From NCBI GenBank assembly GCA_043745805.1, contig JAYTSD010000029.1:16835-80834 (forward strand): a DNA stretch of 64,000 nt, read 5' to 3'. Below are positions 1-8,714 of this stretch, piece by piece. Position 1 is the stretch's first letter, and each line of letters opens with the position of its first letter. Source of the DNA: Fibrobacteria bacterium. Lineage in GTDB: Bacteria; Fibrobacterota; Fibrobacteria; UBA11236. The position numbers and the translations under genes were made by a program. The notes beneath the pieces were generated by a model that saw nothing but the letters and a program-made list of their open reading frames with translations, did not search any database and had not been told where the DNA came from.

Positions 1-1048
1 ATATCGATTCTTTTTGTTCGGTCACGACCATAGATAAATTGGGATGTTCCTTTTCCATAATCTGACGGAACATTTCTATGCGATGGGCAATCCAAGGCTG
101 TGCCTCCGATTGTAAATAAGGAAAGCCAATTTTTTTATGTCCTAATTGTTCCAGCGTATTGAGCATCATACGTACCGCAAAAGCTTCATCTTTATAACAG
201 CGATAAAAATGTTTACCGCCTTTAATGGCTTTGTAATCCACTTTTTTTCCAAAGCAATCAATATCTAACCATACGACGGGTTTTTGAAATTGCCCCAACC
301 AACTAATCCATTCCTTTAAGGGTTGGGTTTCAATTTTTTCAAATAAGCAAAGCGTTCCCATATAACGGCTGCCTAATTCCTGAATGGTTGTGCGTACATG
401 CTCGGCTTTTTGCGAAACAAATTCCGATTGCGTTGGACCGGTCATCACCAACTCGGTTTTAATTCCCATGCGCTCAATTTCCAAATAGAAGTTTTGTAAA
501 AATTTACTGGGATGATCTTCATGATAATCCTTGTACCACACTTTAAAATCAGGAACCAACATGAGAATAACGGGAGCAAGCCTTGGCGTTTGGGTAACCG
601 AGGAGGTACTGCCAGGTCCAACAATCCATGCTTTTCCACGCTTCCAAACCAATTTATCCTTCTCTAATTTTTTTAAAGCGCTACACACCGTCACGGGAGA
701 TAAATGTTCACTAATACTGTAATAATTTGTTTTAGGTAAAACTTGGCCGATACGATAAGTACCTTCCAAAATTCTTCCTTTAATTTTTTCGAAAAGTTTA
801 TTTACTGAATTGGGATAGGGATTGGATTCCCTTGGATTTTCGGCATTCAAAACGGAGGTGACTAAAATGCCTTTACCCGGAAAGCTTTGCAAAAGCCCTT
901 GATTCGAAAGTAGGCGTATTGCCTTACCCATGGTCACCTTAGAGACGCGATACTGTTCCGCTAAGTCCTGTAATGGGGGCAAACGTTGCCCCTCTAAGCC
1001 TTCAATTCGAATCTTAACTTTGTCAGCAATTTGTTCATGCAATTTCAC
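1..1048 (-). CDS. GntR-family regulator with two tandem wHTH domains and a C-terminal LacI/periplasmic-binding-like domain (3' partial, runs off the window)
   Basis: Not in the ORF track; translated by hand. GTG at 1048 after GGAGG. MKLHEQIADKVK...RLPPLQDLAEQYRVSKVTMGKAIRLLSNQGLLQSFPGKG, then a second wHTH KIKGRILEGTYRIGQVLP...SPVTVCSALKKL, then LEQLGHKKIGF. Open to position 2. Confidence 0.85.
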   Translation of the reverse strand, partial: MKLHEQIADKVKIRIEGLEGQRLPPLQDLAEQYRVSKVTMGKAIRLLSNQGLLQSFPGKGILVTSVLNAENPRESNPYPNSVNKLFEKIKGRILEGTYRIGQVLPKTNYYSISEHLSPVTVCSALKKLEKDKLVWKRGKAWIVGPGSTSSVTQTPRLAPVILMLVPDFKVWYKDYHEDHPSKFLQNFYLEIERMGIKTELVMTGPTQSEFVSQKAEHVRTTIQELGSRYMGTLCLFEKIETQPLKEWISWLGQFQKPVVWLDIDCFGKKVDYKAIKGGKHFYRCYKDEAFAVRMMLNTLEQLGHKKIGFPYLQSEAQPWIAHRIEMFRQIMEKEHPNLSMVVTEQKESI

Positions 1049-1182
1049 ATTAGCCTCCTGGACTACGCCTTTTCCCCTAGTTTCAGGGAAGGTGACACAA
1101 GTAGTCTAACTCCATAATGAATTTTGTAGTTGCGACCGTGGGCAAATTCCGTGGGCATTCATTTCCACACCTAAGGGTTTTC

Positions 1183-1242
1183 TTGACGTTTGGTGGAAAG
1201 TATTGTTAAATTAAAACCTATAATTTCAATAGGTTTAATAGG
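1183..1242 (+). promoter_or_regulatory. sigma70 promoter and palindromic operator of the sulfate operon
   Basis: TTGACG (1183-1188), TGnTAAATT (1204-1212), then AAACCTAT-N7-ATAGGTTT (1214-1236). Confidence 0.6.
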
Positions 1243-1280
1243 AATTAAAAACAAGGGTTAAAGTAGAGGCGTAAATCCTC

Positions 1281-2324
1281 TTGTATACTATGAAAAAAAT
1301 TATTGCTACAGGATTATTTTTAGGCCTGTTTATTTGGTTGACTTGGGGTATTCTAAATCAGCCCGCTTATTTATTACATGTTTCATTTGATCCCACGCGC
1401 GAACTTTTTCAAGATGTCAATCAAAGCTTTACACAAAATTATGCTTTATCTCATCATGAAAAAATCGAAATTCGGCAAAGTCATGCCGGCTCAGGTAAAC
1501 AAGCACGATCGGTAATAGAAGGTTTGCCTGCGGATATTGTGTCTTTGGCTTTGGCTGGTGATATTGATGCTATTGCTAAAAGTGGACGCTTGCCCAAGGA
1601 CTGGCAAAATCAGCTGCCGCATCATTCTTGCGCTTATACTTCGGTCATTGTATTTCTGGTGCGCAAAGGAAATCCTAAGCAAATTAAAACCTGGGATGAT
1701 TTAGGCAAAGCCAATGTAGAAGTAGTAACACCCAATCCCAAAACCTCGGGTGGAGCGCGTTGGAATTTTCTCGCAGCTTGGGGAGCCGAATTAGCCTCAG
1801 GAAAAAATGATATCGAAGCTAGAATTGCCGTAGAAAAAATTTATGGTAATGTACAAGTTCTGGATCCTGGAGCTCGCGCCGCCATCGCGACATTCATCAA
1901 AAGACGTGGTGATGCTTTAATTACTTGGGAAAGTGATGCCCGATTGGCCGCACAAGAAAACCCACAAGCCGGTTTAGAAATTATTTATCCGCCTATTACC
2001 ATTTTGGCAGAACCTAGTTTAGCCTTAGTTAATCAAAATGCTGAAAGACGACAGCATAAAAAATTAGCTGAAGATTATTTACAATATCTATACACACCTG
2101 AAGCACAAAGTCTTATTGCTAAACATAGCTTTCGCCCCGTGAACGATTCTATCGCTCGTCTTTTTAAAGAACAATTTCCGGTTATTAAAACATTTACCTT
2201 GGATCAATATTTCGGCAATTGGACTCTTGCGCAAAAAAGATTTTTTGCTGAAGGCGGAGTTTTCGATTCCATTCCTTTGGGTGTTAACCATTCTTCGTCA
2301 AAATCGCTGAATACCAAAATATGA
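1281..2324 (+). CDS. sbp: Sulfate ABC transporter substrate-binding protein
   Basis: VSFDPTRELF, QSHAGSGKQAR, TPNPKTSGGARWN motifs. Start could be ATG 1290. Confidence 0.95.
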   Translation: MYTMKKIIATGLFLGLFIWLTWGILNQPAYLLHVSFDPTRELFQDVNQSFTQNYALSHHEKIEIRQSHAGSGKQARSVIEGLPADIVSLALAGDIDAIAKSGRLPKDWQNQLPHHSCAYTSVIVFLVRKGNPKQIKTWDDLGKANVEVVTPNPKTSGGARWNFLAAWGAELASGKNDIEARIAVEKIYGNVQVLDPGARAAIATFIKRRGDALITWESDARLAAQENPQAGLEIIYPPITILAEPSLALVNQNAERRQHKKLAEDYLQYLYTPEAQSLIAKHSFRPVNDSIARLFKEQFPVIKTFTLDQYFGNWTLAQKRFFAEGGVFDSIPLGVNHSSSKSLNTKI

Positions 2325-3139
2325 AAAGCAGAACTTCCCTTATACCTGGCTTTAGACTTACTTTAGGATTTAATCTCTTTTATATTGGCTTACTTATTCT
2401 GTTACCCATTGCGGCCTTATTACTCAAAGCAACGCATATACCATGGGTTACCTTTTGGTCAACGGTTTCCAGCCCCCGAGCCTTGGCCGCTTATCGACTC
2501 ACCTTTACCACGTCCTTTGCCGCTGCAATCATTAGTGGGGTAACCGGTTTTTTAATTGCTTGGGTACTTATACGTTACCCCTTTCCTGGACGTAAGTTTT
2601 TGGATGCCATAATTGATTTTCCTTTTGCATTGCCAACGGCCGTGGCCGGATTAACCTTTGCCGATTTATACTCTCCACAAGGTTGGATGGGGAAAGGCTT
2701 AAGTCACTTAGGGATTACCGTAACTTATACGCCTCTAGGCATTATTTTGGTTTTGGTTTTTGTAGGCTTACCTTTTGTGGTTCGTAGTTTAGAGCCGGTA
2801 TTGATGGATATGGAAGCCGAGTTCGAAGAAGCTGCCGCTAGCTTAGGCGCAAATCGTTGGCAAGCCTTTAGATATATCATTTGGCCCACCCTTTTTCCCG
2901 CTTGGATTACTGGCCTGGCGTTAGCATTTGCACGTTCCGTGGGAGAATACGGATCCGTAGTGTTTATCGCTGGTAATTTACCGATGAAAACCGAAATTGC
3001 GCCCTTACTTATTATGGCGCGACTGGAACAATTCGACTATGCTGGCGCTACAGCCATAGCCACCGTGGTATTATTCGTTTCTTTCGCTTTATTATTTTTG
3101 TTGAACTCCTTAGAAAAATGGAGAACACGAAGTGCCTAA
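2321..3139 (+). CDS. cysT: Sulfate ABC permease CysT
   Basis: DFPFALPTAVAG, EEAAASLGA, GEYGSVVFIAGN; operon position. Confidence 0.95.
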   Translation: MKSRTSLIPGFRLTLGFNLFYIGLLILLPIAALLLKATHIPWVTFWSTVSSPRALAAYRLTFTTSFAAAIISGVTGFLIAWVLIRYPFPGRKFLDAIIDFPFALPTAVAGLTFADLYSPQGWMGKGLSHLGITVTYTPLGIILVLVFVGLPFVVRSLEPVLMDMEAEFEEAAASLGANRWQAFRYIIWPTLFPAWITGLALAFARSVGEYGSVVFIAGNLPMKTEIAPLLIMARLEQFDYAGATAIATVVLFVSFALLFLLNSLEKWRTRSA

Positions 3140-4046
3140 ATCTATCCCAGCCGTCTCAAAAAATGCAATGCCCAAGTCACTAAATGGGAATGCCTCTCAT
3201 GCAAGAGTGCAAAACGATTCGGTCCTCACTCGACGAATTGGTATTACTCTGGCATTACTGTTGATTATCAGCTTAATTCTGTTACCTCTTATTAATGTGC
3301 TTTTTCATGCCTTCTCCAAAGGCATAGGCTATTATTTCACGTCCTTACAACATCCCGATACTTGGTCAGCCATTCGCCTTACTTTATTTACGGCGATGAT
3401 TTCCGTAACCGCCAATATGTTGGCAGGTGTCAGCATTGCCTGGTGCACCACTAAATTTTCTTTTCGAGGCAAAGCTCTATTACTCACCGTTTTGGATTTA
3501 CCCTTTTCCATATCGCCCGTAGTAACGGGATTATTATTTGTGCTTTTATTTGGAGCGCATGGTTGGTTTGGACCCTTTTTCGATAGGCATAATTTGCAAA
3601 TAATCTTTGCCATACCCGGTATCGTACTGGTTACCACTTTTACCACCTTTCCCTTTGTGGCACGTGAACTCATTCCGGTAATGGAATCACAAGGCATAGA
3701 GCAAGAAGAAGCCGCATTAATACTCGGTGCCAATGGTTGGGAAACCTTTTGGTATGTTACCCTTCCGAATATACGCTGGGGGTTATTATATGGCGTTATT
3801 TTATGTAATGCCCGCGCCATGGGTGAATTTGGAGCAGTTTCGGTAGTGGCAGGAAGTATCACGGGAGTTACGGATACTTTGCCCTTACGGGTAGAAAAAC
3901 TTTATAATGAATATAATGAAGCGGGTGCCTTTGCGGTAGCTTCCATACTGGCTTTATTAGCCATTGTAACCTTGATTATAAAAACCATTTTAGAAAAGAA
4001 AACCCATAGCAATGCGGAGTTAAATCTAGCGCCCATGGAGGAATAA
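3132..4046 (+). CDS. cysW: Sulfate ABC permease CysW
   Basis: DLPFSISPVV, PFVARELIP, ARAMGEFGAVSVV. Confidence 0.95.
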   Translation: MPKSIPAVSKNAMPKSLNGNASHARVQNDSVLTRRIGITLALLLIISLILLPLINVLFHAFSKGIGYYFTSLQHPDTWSAIRLTLFTAMISVTANMLAGVSIAWCTTKFSFRGKALLLTVLDLPFSISPVVTGLLFVLLFGAHGWFGPFFDRHNLQIIFAIPGIVLVTTFTTFPFVARELIPVMESQGIEQEEAALILGANGWETFWYVTLPNIRWGLLYGVILCNARAMGEFGAVSVVAGSITGVTDTLPLRVEKLYNEYNEAGAFAVASILALLAIVTLIIKTILEKKTHSNAELNLAPMEE

Positions 4047-5102
4047 ATGAGCATTTCCATTCAACATATACATAAAAAATTTGGGCAATTCCAAGCCTTA
4101 AATGACGTACATTTTGATATTCCCGATGGTGAGCTTGTCGCTCTGTTAGGCCCTTCAGGTTGCGGCAAAACTACTTTGTTACGCATGATTTCGGGATTAG
4201 ATAACCCCGATTCGGGAGAAATTTTATTCAGTGGTCAAGATGCGATCAATGTATCTGTACAAAATCGACAAGTCGGCTTTGTATTCCAGCATTACGCCTT
4301 GTTTAAACATATGAATGTCCGGGAAAATATTGGTTTTTCATTAATGATTCAAAAACGTCCGAAAAAAGAAATTGCCCAACGTGTGGATGAACTTTTGGAA
4401 TTAATTCAATTGGGTGGCTTAGCGGATCGCTATCCTTCGCAACTCTCCGGTGGACAAAAACAGCGGGTCGCTTTGGCGCGTGCTTTAGCCGCTCGGCCTA
4501 AAGTACTTTTACTCGATGAACCCTTTGGAGCCTTGGATGCCAAGGTGCGCCAAGATTTACGTCGTTGGCTACGTAACCTGCATGATGAATTAAAAATGAC
4601 TAGTGTATTTGTAACTCACGATCAAGAAGAAGCTTTTGAAGTTTCGGATCGAGTGGTGATTATGAATAAAGGAAAGGTGGAACAAATTGGCACACCCGAT
4701 GATATTTTTCATAATCCGGTGAATGAATTTGTGATGAACTTTTTGGGAAATGTAAATATTTTTCATAGTCGCGTGGAACAAGGAAAAATTTATTTAGGAA
4801 GTTCCGAAATTTCGGTATCTGCAACCAATCCTTCCGCCATTCCTTCCACCAAGGCTTATGTACGTCCCCATGCTTTAAGTATTCATCGCGAATCTTCAGA
4901 CAACAATGCTTTGCAAGGCAAGGTCACGCATATGCGCCATGTCGGCTTAGCGGTAAAGGTGACGGTACTCAATACCGAAGGTCAAGAGATTCAAGTAGAA
5001 CTTAGCCAAGATGAATTTAAAGCCTTAGCTTTGAACAAAGGGGAAACTGTATTTGTTACCCCTAAGGAAATTAAAGTGTTTAGTAGTGACTACTCAATTT
5101 GA
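4047..5102 (+). CDS. cysA: Sulfate ABC ATP-binding protein with TOBE domain
   Basis: [29 protein letters not shown]-terminal DYSI. Confidence 0.95.
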   Translation: MSISIQHIHKKFGQFQALNDVHFDIPDGELVALLGPSGCGKTTLLRMISGLDNPDSGEILFSGQDAINVSVQNRQVGFVFQHYALFKHMNVRENIGFSLMIQKRPKKEIAQRVDELLELIQLGGLADRYPSQLSGGQKQRVALARALAARPKVLLLDEPFGALDAKVRQDLRRWLRNLHDELKMTSVFVTHDQEEAFEVSDRVVIMNKGKVEQIGTPDDIFHNPVNEFVMNFLGNVNIFHSRVEQGKIYLGSSEISVSATNPSAIPSTKAYVRPHALSIHRESSDNNALQGKVTHMRHVGLAVKVTVLNTEGQEIQVELSQDEFKALALNKGETVFVTPKEIKVFSSDYSI

Positions 5103-5125
5103 TTTCGATTTAATAAATTAAAACT

Positions 5126-5686
5126 ATGTCAGAAAATATTTTAATTCTTCCGGGTATAGGTGGCTCAGGGCCTGATCATTGGCAAACGTATTGGGAACTT
5201 TCTCATCCTCAATTTAAAAGAGTGCAACAAAGAGACTGGGATAACCCTCTTTGCCAAGAGTGGAAAGAGCTTTTAGAAAAAACTATAAGCCAAAATCCAG
5301 GTAACATCCATAATACCGTATTGATAGCCCATAGCTTGGCTTGTTTATTAGTAGCACATTGGGCAGCAACCACTAAACATAAAATTCGTGGCGCTTTATT
5401 AGTGGCTCCACCGGATCCTCAAAGCGCTATCTTTCCTATGGAGGCGATTAGCTTCGCACCCACACCTTTACAGCGTTTGCCTTTTTCAAGTCGCCTGATT
5501 GCAAGCACTAATGATCCCTATGGAACATTGAATTATGCAAACAACTGCGCAGAGGCTTGGGGAAGCCATTTTGTGAATATCGGTGATTTAGGACATATTA
5601 ATTCAGCGAGTCATTTGGAAAATTGGGAAACGGGTTTAATACAATTAGCATCATTACTCCGCGATACGGAAAACCTTTCGTCATAA
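5126..5686 (+). CDS. RBBP9/YdeN-family alpha/beta hydrolase
   Basis: PGIGGSGPDHWQ, AHSLAC, ASTNDPY, GHIN. Confidence 0.9.
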   Translation: MSENILILPGIGGSGPDHWQTYWELSHPQFKRVQQRDWDNPLCQEWKELLEKTISQNPGNIHNTVLIAHSLACLLVAHWAATTKHKIRGALLVAPPDPQSAIFPMEAISFAPTPLQRLPFSSRLIASTNDPYGTLNYANNCAEAWGSHFVNIGDLGHINSASHLENWETGLIQLASLLRDTENLSS

Positions 5687-5713
5687 TCCGCTTCAACAAT
5701 TACATTTGTTTAC

Positions 5714-6007
5714 ATGTACGATAAACTCTCTTTAGTCTTATGCATTTTCTTTGGAATACTTTGGCTGCGTCAACGTGCGCGTCAAATTGATATGGCCGCT
5801 CGTAAAAATGAAATTTTATTTGGTGTGTATCCGCTGATACTTATTTTAGCCCTTGGCGAAAAATATATTTTCGATAATTATGTGCCTGAAACTTGGTGGA
5901 AAGTTCCCCTGCAATGCGTATTACTTTTAGCTTCCTTTGCCGCTATTGGCTTTGGCATTTTGCGAGACAAGCTCGCTTCCACCGAAGCCACAGGCTCGAA
6001 AGCTTAG
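5714..6007 (+). CDS. Small membrane protein, hypothetical (about 3 TM)
   Basis: Three hydrophobic segments; follows the hydrolase closely. Confidence 0.6.
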   Translation: MYDKLSLVLCIFFGILWLRQRARQIDMAARKNEILFGVYPLILILALGEKYIFDNYVPETWWKVPLQCVLLLASFAAIGFGILRDKLASTEATGSKA

Positions 6008-7110
6008 TTCACTTTACTTTTTCCCTTTGCTTTATTTAATTTAGTTGGAGATGATTTTTTCTTGCTACTGCTTAATGCTTTGTGCGCACGTAAAATCATT
6101 TGCTCCGTCAACTCCCAACCAATGCAATTGTCGGTAACCGAAACACCATAACGCAATTTCGATAAATCGGCAGGAATTTTTTGACTGCCTTCAAAAAGAT
6201 GGCTTTCTACCATCAACCCCATTAAGGATTTATTACCCGCTAGGCGCTGTTCAATAATACTGTCCCAAACAGCCTCTTGCAATTCATGTTTTTTTTGTGT
6301 GTTACCATGGCTGCAATCCACTACCAGTCTGCTTTCCAAGCCAGAGGCGGAAACTTGTTGAGTAGCTTCGGCAATACTATTCACATCGTAATTAGGATTA
6401 ACCCGTCCACCGCGTAATACCACATGGCCGTACGGATTTCCTTTGGTTTTCACAATGCAAGTTTGACCCTCGGCATCCAACCCTAAAAAGCTATGCGAGC
6501 TACGCGCCGATTGCATTGCATCTACAGCTACTTGCACATTGCCATCGGTACCATTTTTAAATCCGACCGGCATAGATAATCCACTGGCCATTTGACGATG
6601 CGTTTGAGATTCAGTCGTACGCGCTCCAATAGCTGCCCAAGTAATAAGATCGGCAATATATTGAGGAACTACCGGATCCAATAATTCCGTAGCCGCAGGT
6701 AAACCCAAATGATTAATTTTAATTAATAGATCGCGCGCTAATTGCAATCCCTTGGAAATATCGCACTTATCATTTAAATCGGGATCGCTGATAAATCCGC
6801 GCCAGCCCACCGTGGTGCGTGGCTTTTCAAAATATACGCGCATGAGCACTACTAATTTGTCTTGCACCTTATCGCTCAATGCTTTCAACTTTTGCGCATA
6901 TTCCCAAGCCGCAGTGGGCTCATGAATGGAGCAAGGTCCAATAATTAAAAGCAAGCGCGGGTCTTCACCACGTAGTATAGCTTGCACCGCTTCGCGGCCT
7001 TCTACCACGGTACGATTGGCTTTGGCGGTTACGGGAAATTTCGCCTTAAGTTGCTTAGGAGAGATTAGAGGCTGTAAGGCAGCGATATTTAAGTTTTCAG
7101 TTTTTTTCAT
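6004..7110 (-). CDS. aroG: DAHP synthase, type I-alpha (AroF/G/H family)
   Basis: IGPCSIH, RVYFEKPRT, IGARTTESQTHR, GFKNGTDG, DCSHGN. The paralogue name is arbitrary. Confidence 0.93.
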   Translation of the reverse strand: MKKTENLNIAALQPLISPKQLKAKFPVTAKANRTVVEGREAVQAILRGEDPRLLLIIGPCSIHEPTAAWEYAQKLKALSDKVQDKLVVLMRVYFEKPRTTVGWRGFISDPDLNDKCDISKGLQLARDLLIKINHLGLPAATELLDPVVPQYIADLITWAAIGARTTESQTHRQMASGLSMPVGFKNGTDGNVQVAVDAMQSARSSHSFLGLDAEGQTCIVKTKGNPYGHVVLRGGRVNPNYDVNSIAEATQQVSASGLESRLVVDCSHGNTQKKHELQEAVWDSIIEQRLAGNKSLMGLMVESHLFEGSQKIPADLSKLRYGVSVTDNCIGWELTEQMILRAHKALSSSKKKSSPTKLNKAKGKSKVN

Positions 7111-7189
7111 GGTGGGGAAAGGTAATTATATACCCATTTCTAAGCGCACAAACTGACGATAAAATATTAAATTGACCCCGATTCCTCGG

Positions 7190-7279
7190 GGAAGGGTGGC
7201 CGAGCGGTTGAAGGCGTCAGTCTCGAAAACTGATTTATGGGCAACTGTAACGTGGGTTCAAATCCCACCCCTTCCGCCA
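7190..7279 (+). tRNA. tRNA-Ser(CGA)
   Basis: Acceptor GGAAGGG/CCCTTCC, anticodon stem TCAGT/ACTGA with loop CTCGAAA, long variable arm, GGTTCAAATCC, encoded CCA. Confidence 0.97.
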
Positions 7280-7339
7280 GAGGAAAAAAGAATATCCATC
7301 TCCTAAAAACCGTTTCCGTATTAAATCAGACTATCCTTG

Positions 7340-7368
7340 GATTTTGTCTAAAAATTTTAGACAAAATC
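7340..7368. repeat. Perfect 14-bp inverted repeat
   Basis: GATTTTGTCTAAAA-A-TTTTAGACAAAATC. Confidence 0.85.
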
Positions 7369-7400
7369 TAGCCGAAAATACTAAAGTCCCATAATCCCAC

Positions 7401-7429
7401 TTGCCCACTTTCTTGCTTAATGATATACT
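7401..7429 (+). promoter_or_regulatory. sigma70 promoter of the TA pair
   Basis: TTGCCC-N17-TATACT with extended TG; overlapped by CCCA(T/C) direct repeats. Confidence 0.65.
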
Positions 7430-7461
7430 AGAAGTAGCTTGAAAATAAAGGATTAACACAA

Positions 7462-7743
7462 ATGGCATTATTACAAGTGGATACCAAAAATCGTATTGCT
7501 CTCGGAAAGCTATTGAGAGGTCGAGAAGTCAGTGCCTTCGATGCCACCGTAAAGCCCTCAGGACAAATTATTTTAACACCTATGGTTATTGTTCCCGAAC
7601 ACTGGATTTATAAGAACAAAACGGCGCTTGATTCATTACAACGCGGCTTAGCTGATGCCTCCGCAGGGAAAAGTCGCTCTCTCACTGAGATTCGCAAAAG
7701 ACTGAAGATTAAAGCTTCTAAACCTTCCAAGACAAAGGATTAA
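7462..7743 (+). CDS. AbrB/MazE-like antitoxin
   Basis: VDTKNRIALG...GQIILTP swapped-hairpin pattern; tail WIYKN...SLQRGLADASAGK. Confidence 0.7.
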   Translation: MALLQVDTKNRIALGKLLRGREVSAFDATVKPSGQIILTPMVIVPEHWIYKNKTALDSLQRGLADASAGKSRSLTEIRKRLKIKASKPSKTKD

Positions 7744-7749
7744 TACCCA

Positions 7750-8043
7750 TTGGAATTTGATATTCTTTTATCCCAAAAAGCGGAACGAAATTATGCTTCT
7801 TTACAATCACCTGTAAAGAAAAATATTTTAAAAGCAATTAATAAAACTCTGGATTTGATGTCATCCAATTTACGTTATAGTTCATTGCACACTCATGAAT
7901 TTCATGAATTAAAAGGACCTGATGGTGAAAAAATTTGGGAAAGCTATGCCCAAAACAATACGCCAGGCGCCTATCAAATGTTTTGGTATTATGGTCCAGA
8001 AAAAGGCAAAATCACCATTGCCACTATTATTCCTCGTCCATAA
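7750..8043 (+). CDS. RelE/ParE-superfamily toxin-like protein
   Basis: 97 aa, directly behind the antitoxin; SLHTHEF...GEKIWESYAQNNTPGAY.MFWYYGP. Confidence 0.65.
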   Translation: MEFDILLSQKAERNYASLQSPVKKNILKAINKTLDLMSSNLRYSSLHTHEFHELKGPDGEKIWESYAQNNTPGAYQMFWYYGPEKGKITIATIIPRP

Positions 8044-8095
8044 TGATTCCGTGCTGTTGCGAATGATGAGATAAAAGAAGCTAAATTTACTTCCC

Positions 8096-8287
8096 ATGGA
8101 CCTCCTAAAAACTCATTCCATTCAATGCCCCTATTGCTGGGAAAAAATTAAAATCGAAGTGGATTGCTCCGCCGAATCTCAAGAATATGTTGAAGATTGT
8201 CATGTTTGTTGTCAGCCTATAGCCATATCGGTAACGGTGAACGACGGTAAAATCTCTCGCATAAGCGCCGCGAGAGAAAATTATTAG
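8096..8287 (+). CDS. CPXCG-motif cysteine-rich zinc-ribbon protein
   Basis: CPYCWE...QEYVEDCHVCCQPI. Confidence 0.88.
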   Translation: MDLLKTHSIQCPYCWEKIKIEVDCSAESQEYVEDCHVCCQPIAISVTVNDGKISRISAARENY

Positions 8288-8311
8288 GTCTTCGCTTTCA
8301 ACCTAAAGATT

Positions 8312-8330
8312 AGGGAGAAAATCTTCCCTT
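8312..8330. terminator. Hairpin between convergent small genes
   Basis: AGGGAGA-AAA-TCTTCCCT. Confidence 0.4.
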
Positions 8331-8507
8331 TCATGCATTTTCAGGCCCATCGGCAAGCCCCTGAGAACTAGCATGGTTTTTAATTTCACTCAGCTCTTCT
8401 TTACGGCCGTCTAATTTTTCTTTTAAATGTTTTGCGGGATAATCATTTGGATGTAAAGGCTTAACATCATCTAAAGTCACTTCATTGGTTTTTTTGCTAT
8501 CACTCAT
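8331..8507 (-). CDS. Small hydrophilic hypothetical protein (58 aa)
   Basis: Below the track cutoff. AGGAG SD, then MSDSKKTNEVTLDDVKPLHPNDYPAKHLKEKLDGRKEELSEIKNHASSQGLADGPENA. Confidence 0.6.
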   Translation of the reverse strand: MSDSKKTNEVTLDDVKPLHPNDYPAKHLKEKLDGRKEELSEIKNHASSQGLADGPENA

Positions 8508-8714
8508 AAAAACTCCTAGGTTTGGACAGAAAGTTGCCCATGATTAAAAGAGGTTATTCGCGGTGAATCGCAACATTTATTTCTTCTCATTCAAGCCGCT
8601 ACAAATCGGACTGGAAATTTGACAATAAAACGCCGTTCTGAATTGGATTACCGCGAATTATTACTTATTTCCATAGAATGGGTTTTTGGAATACTAGTAA
8701 TTTGAAGATTAGGA

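Noticed and set aside
445-722. Two short ORFs in the track
   Set aside because: They lie inside the longer GntR reading frame that the track omitted because it runs off the window.
8556-8658. Retron msr-msd or SRP RNA
   Set aside because: No reverse transcriptase nearby and no SRP domain IV motif; kept only as an unassigned element.
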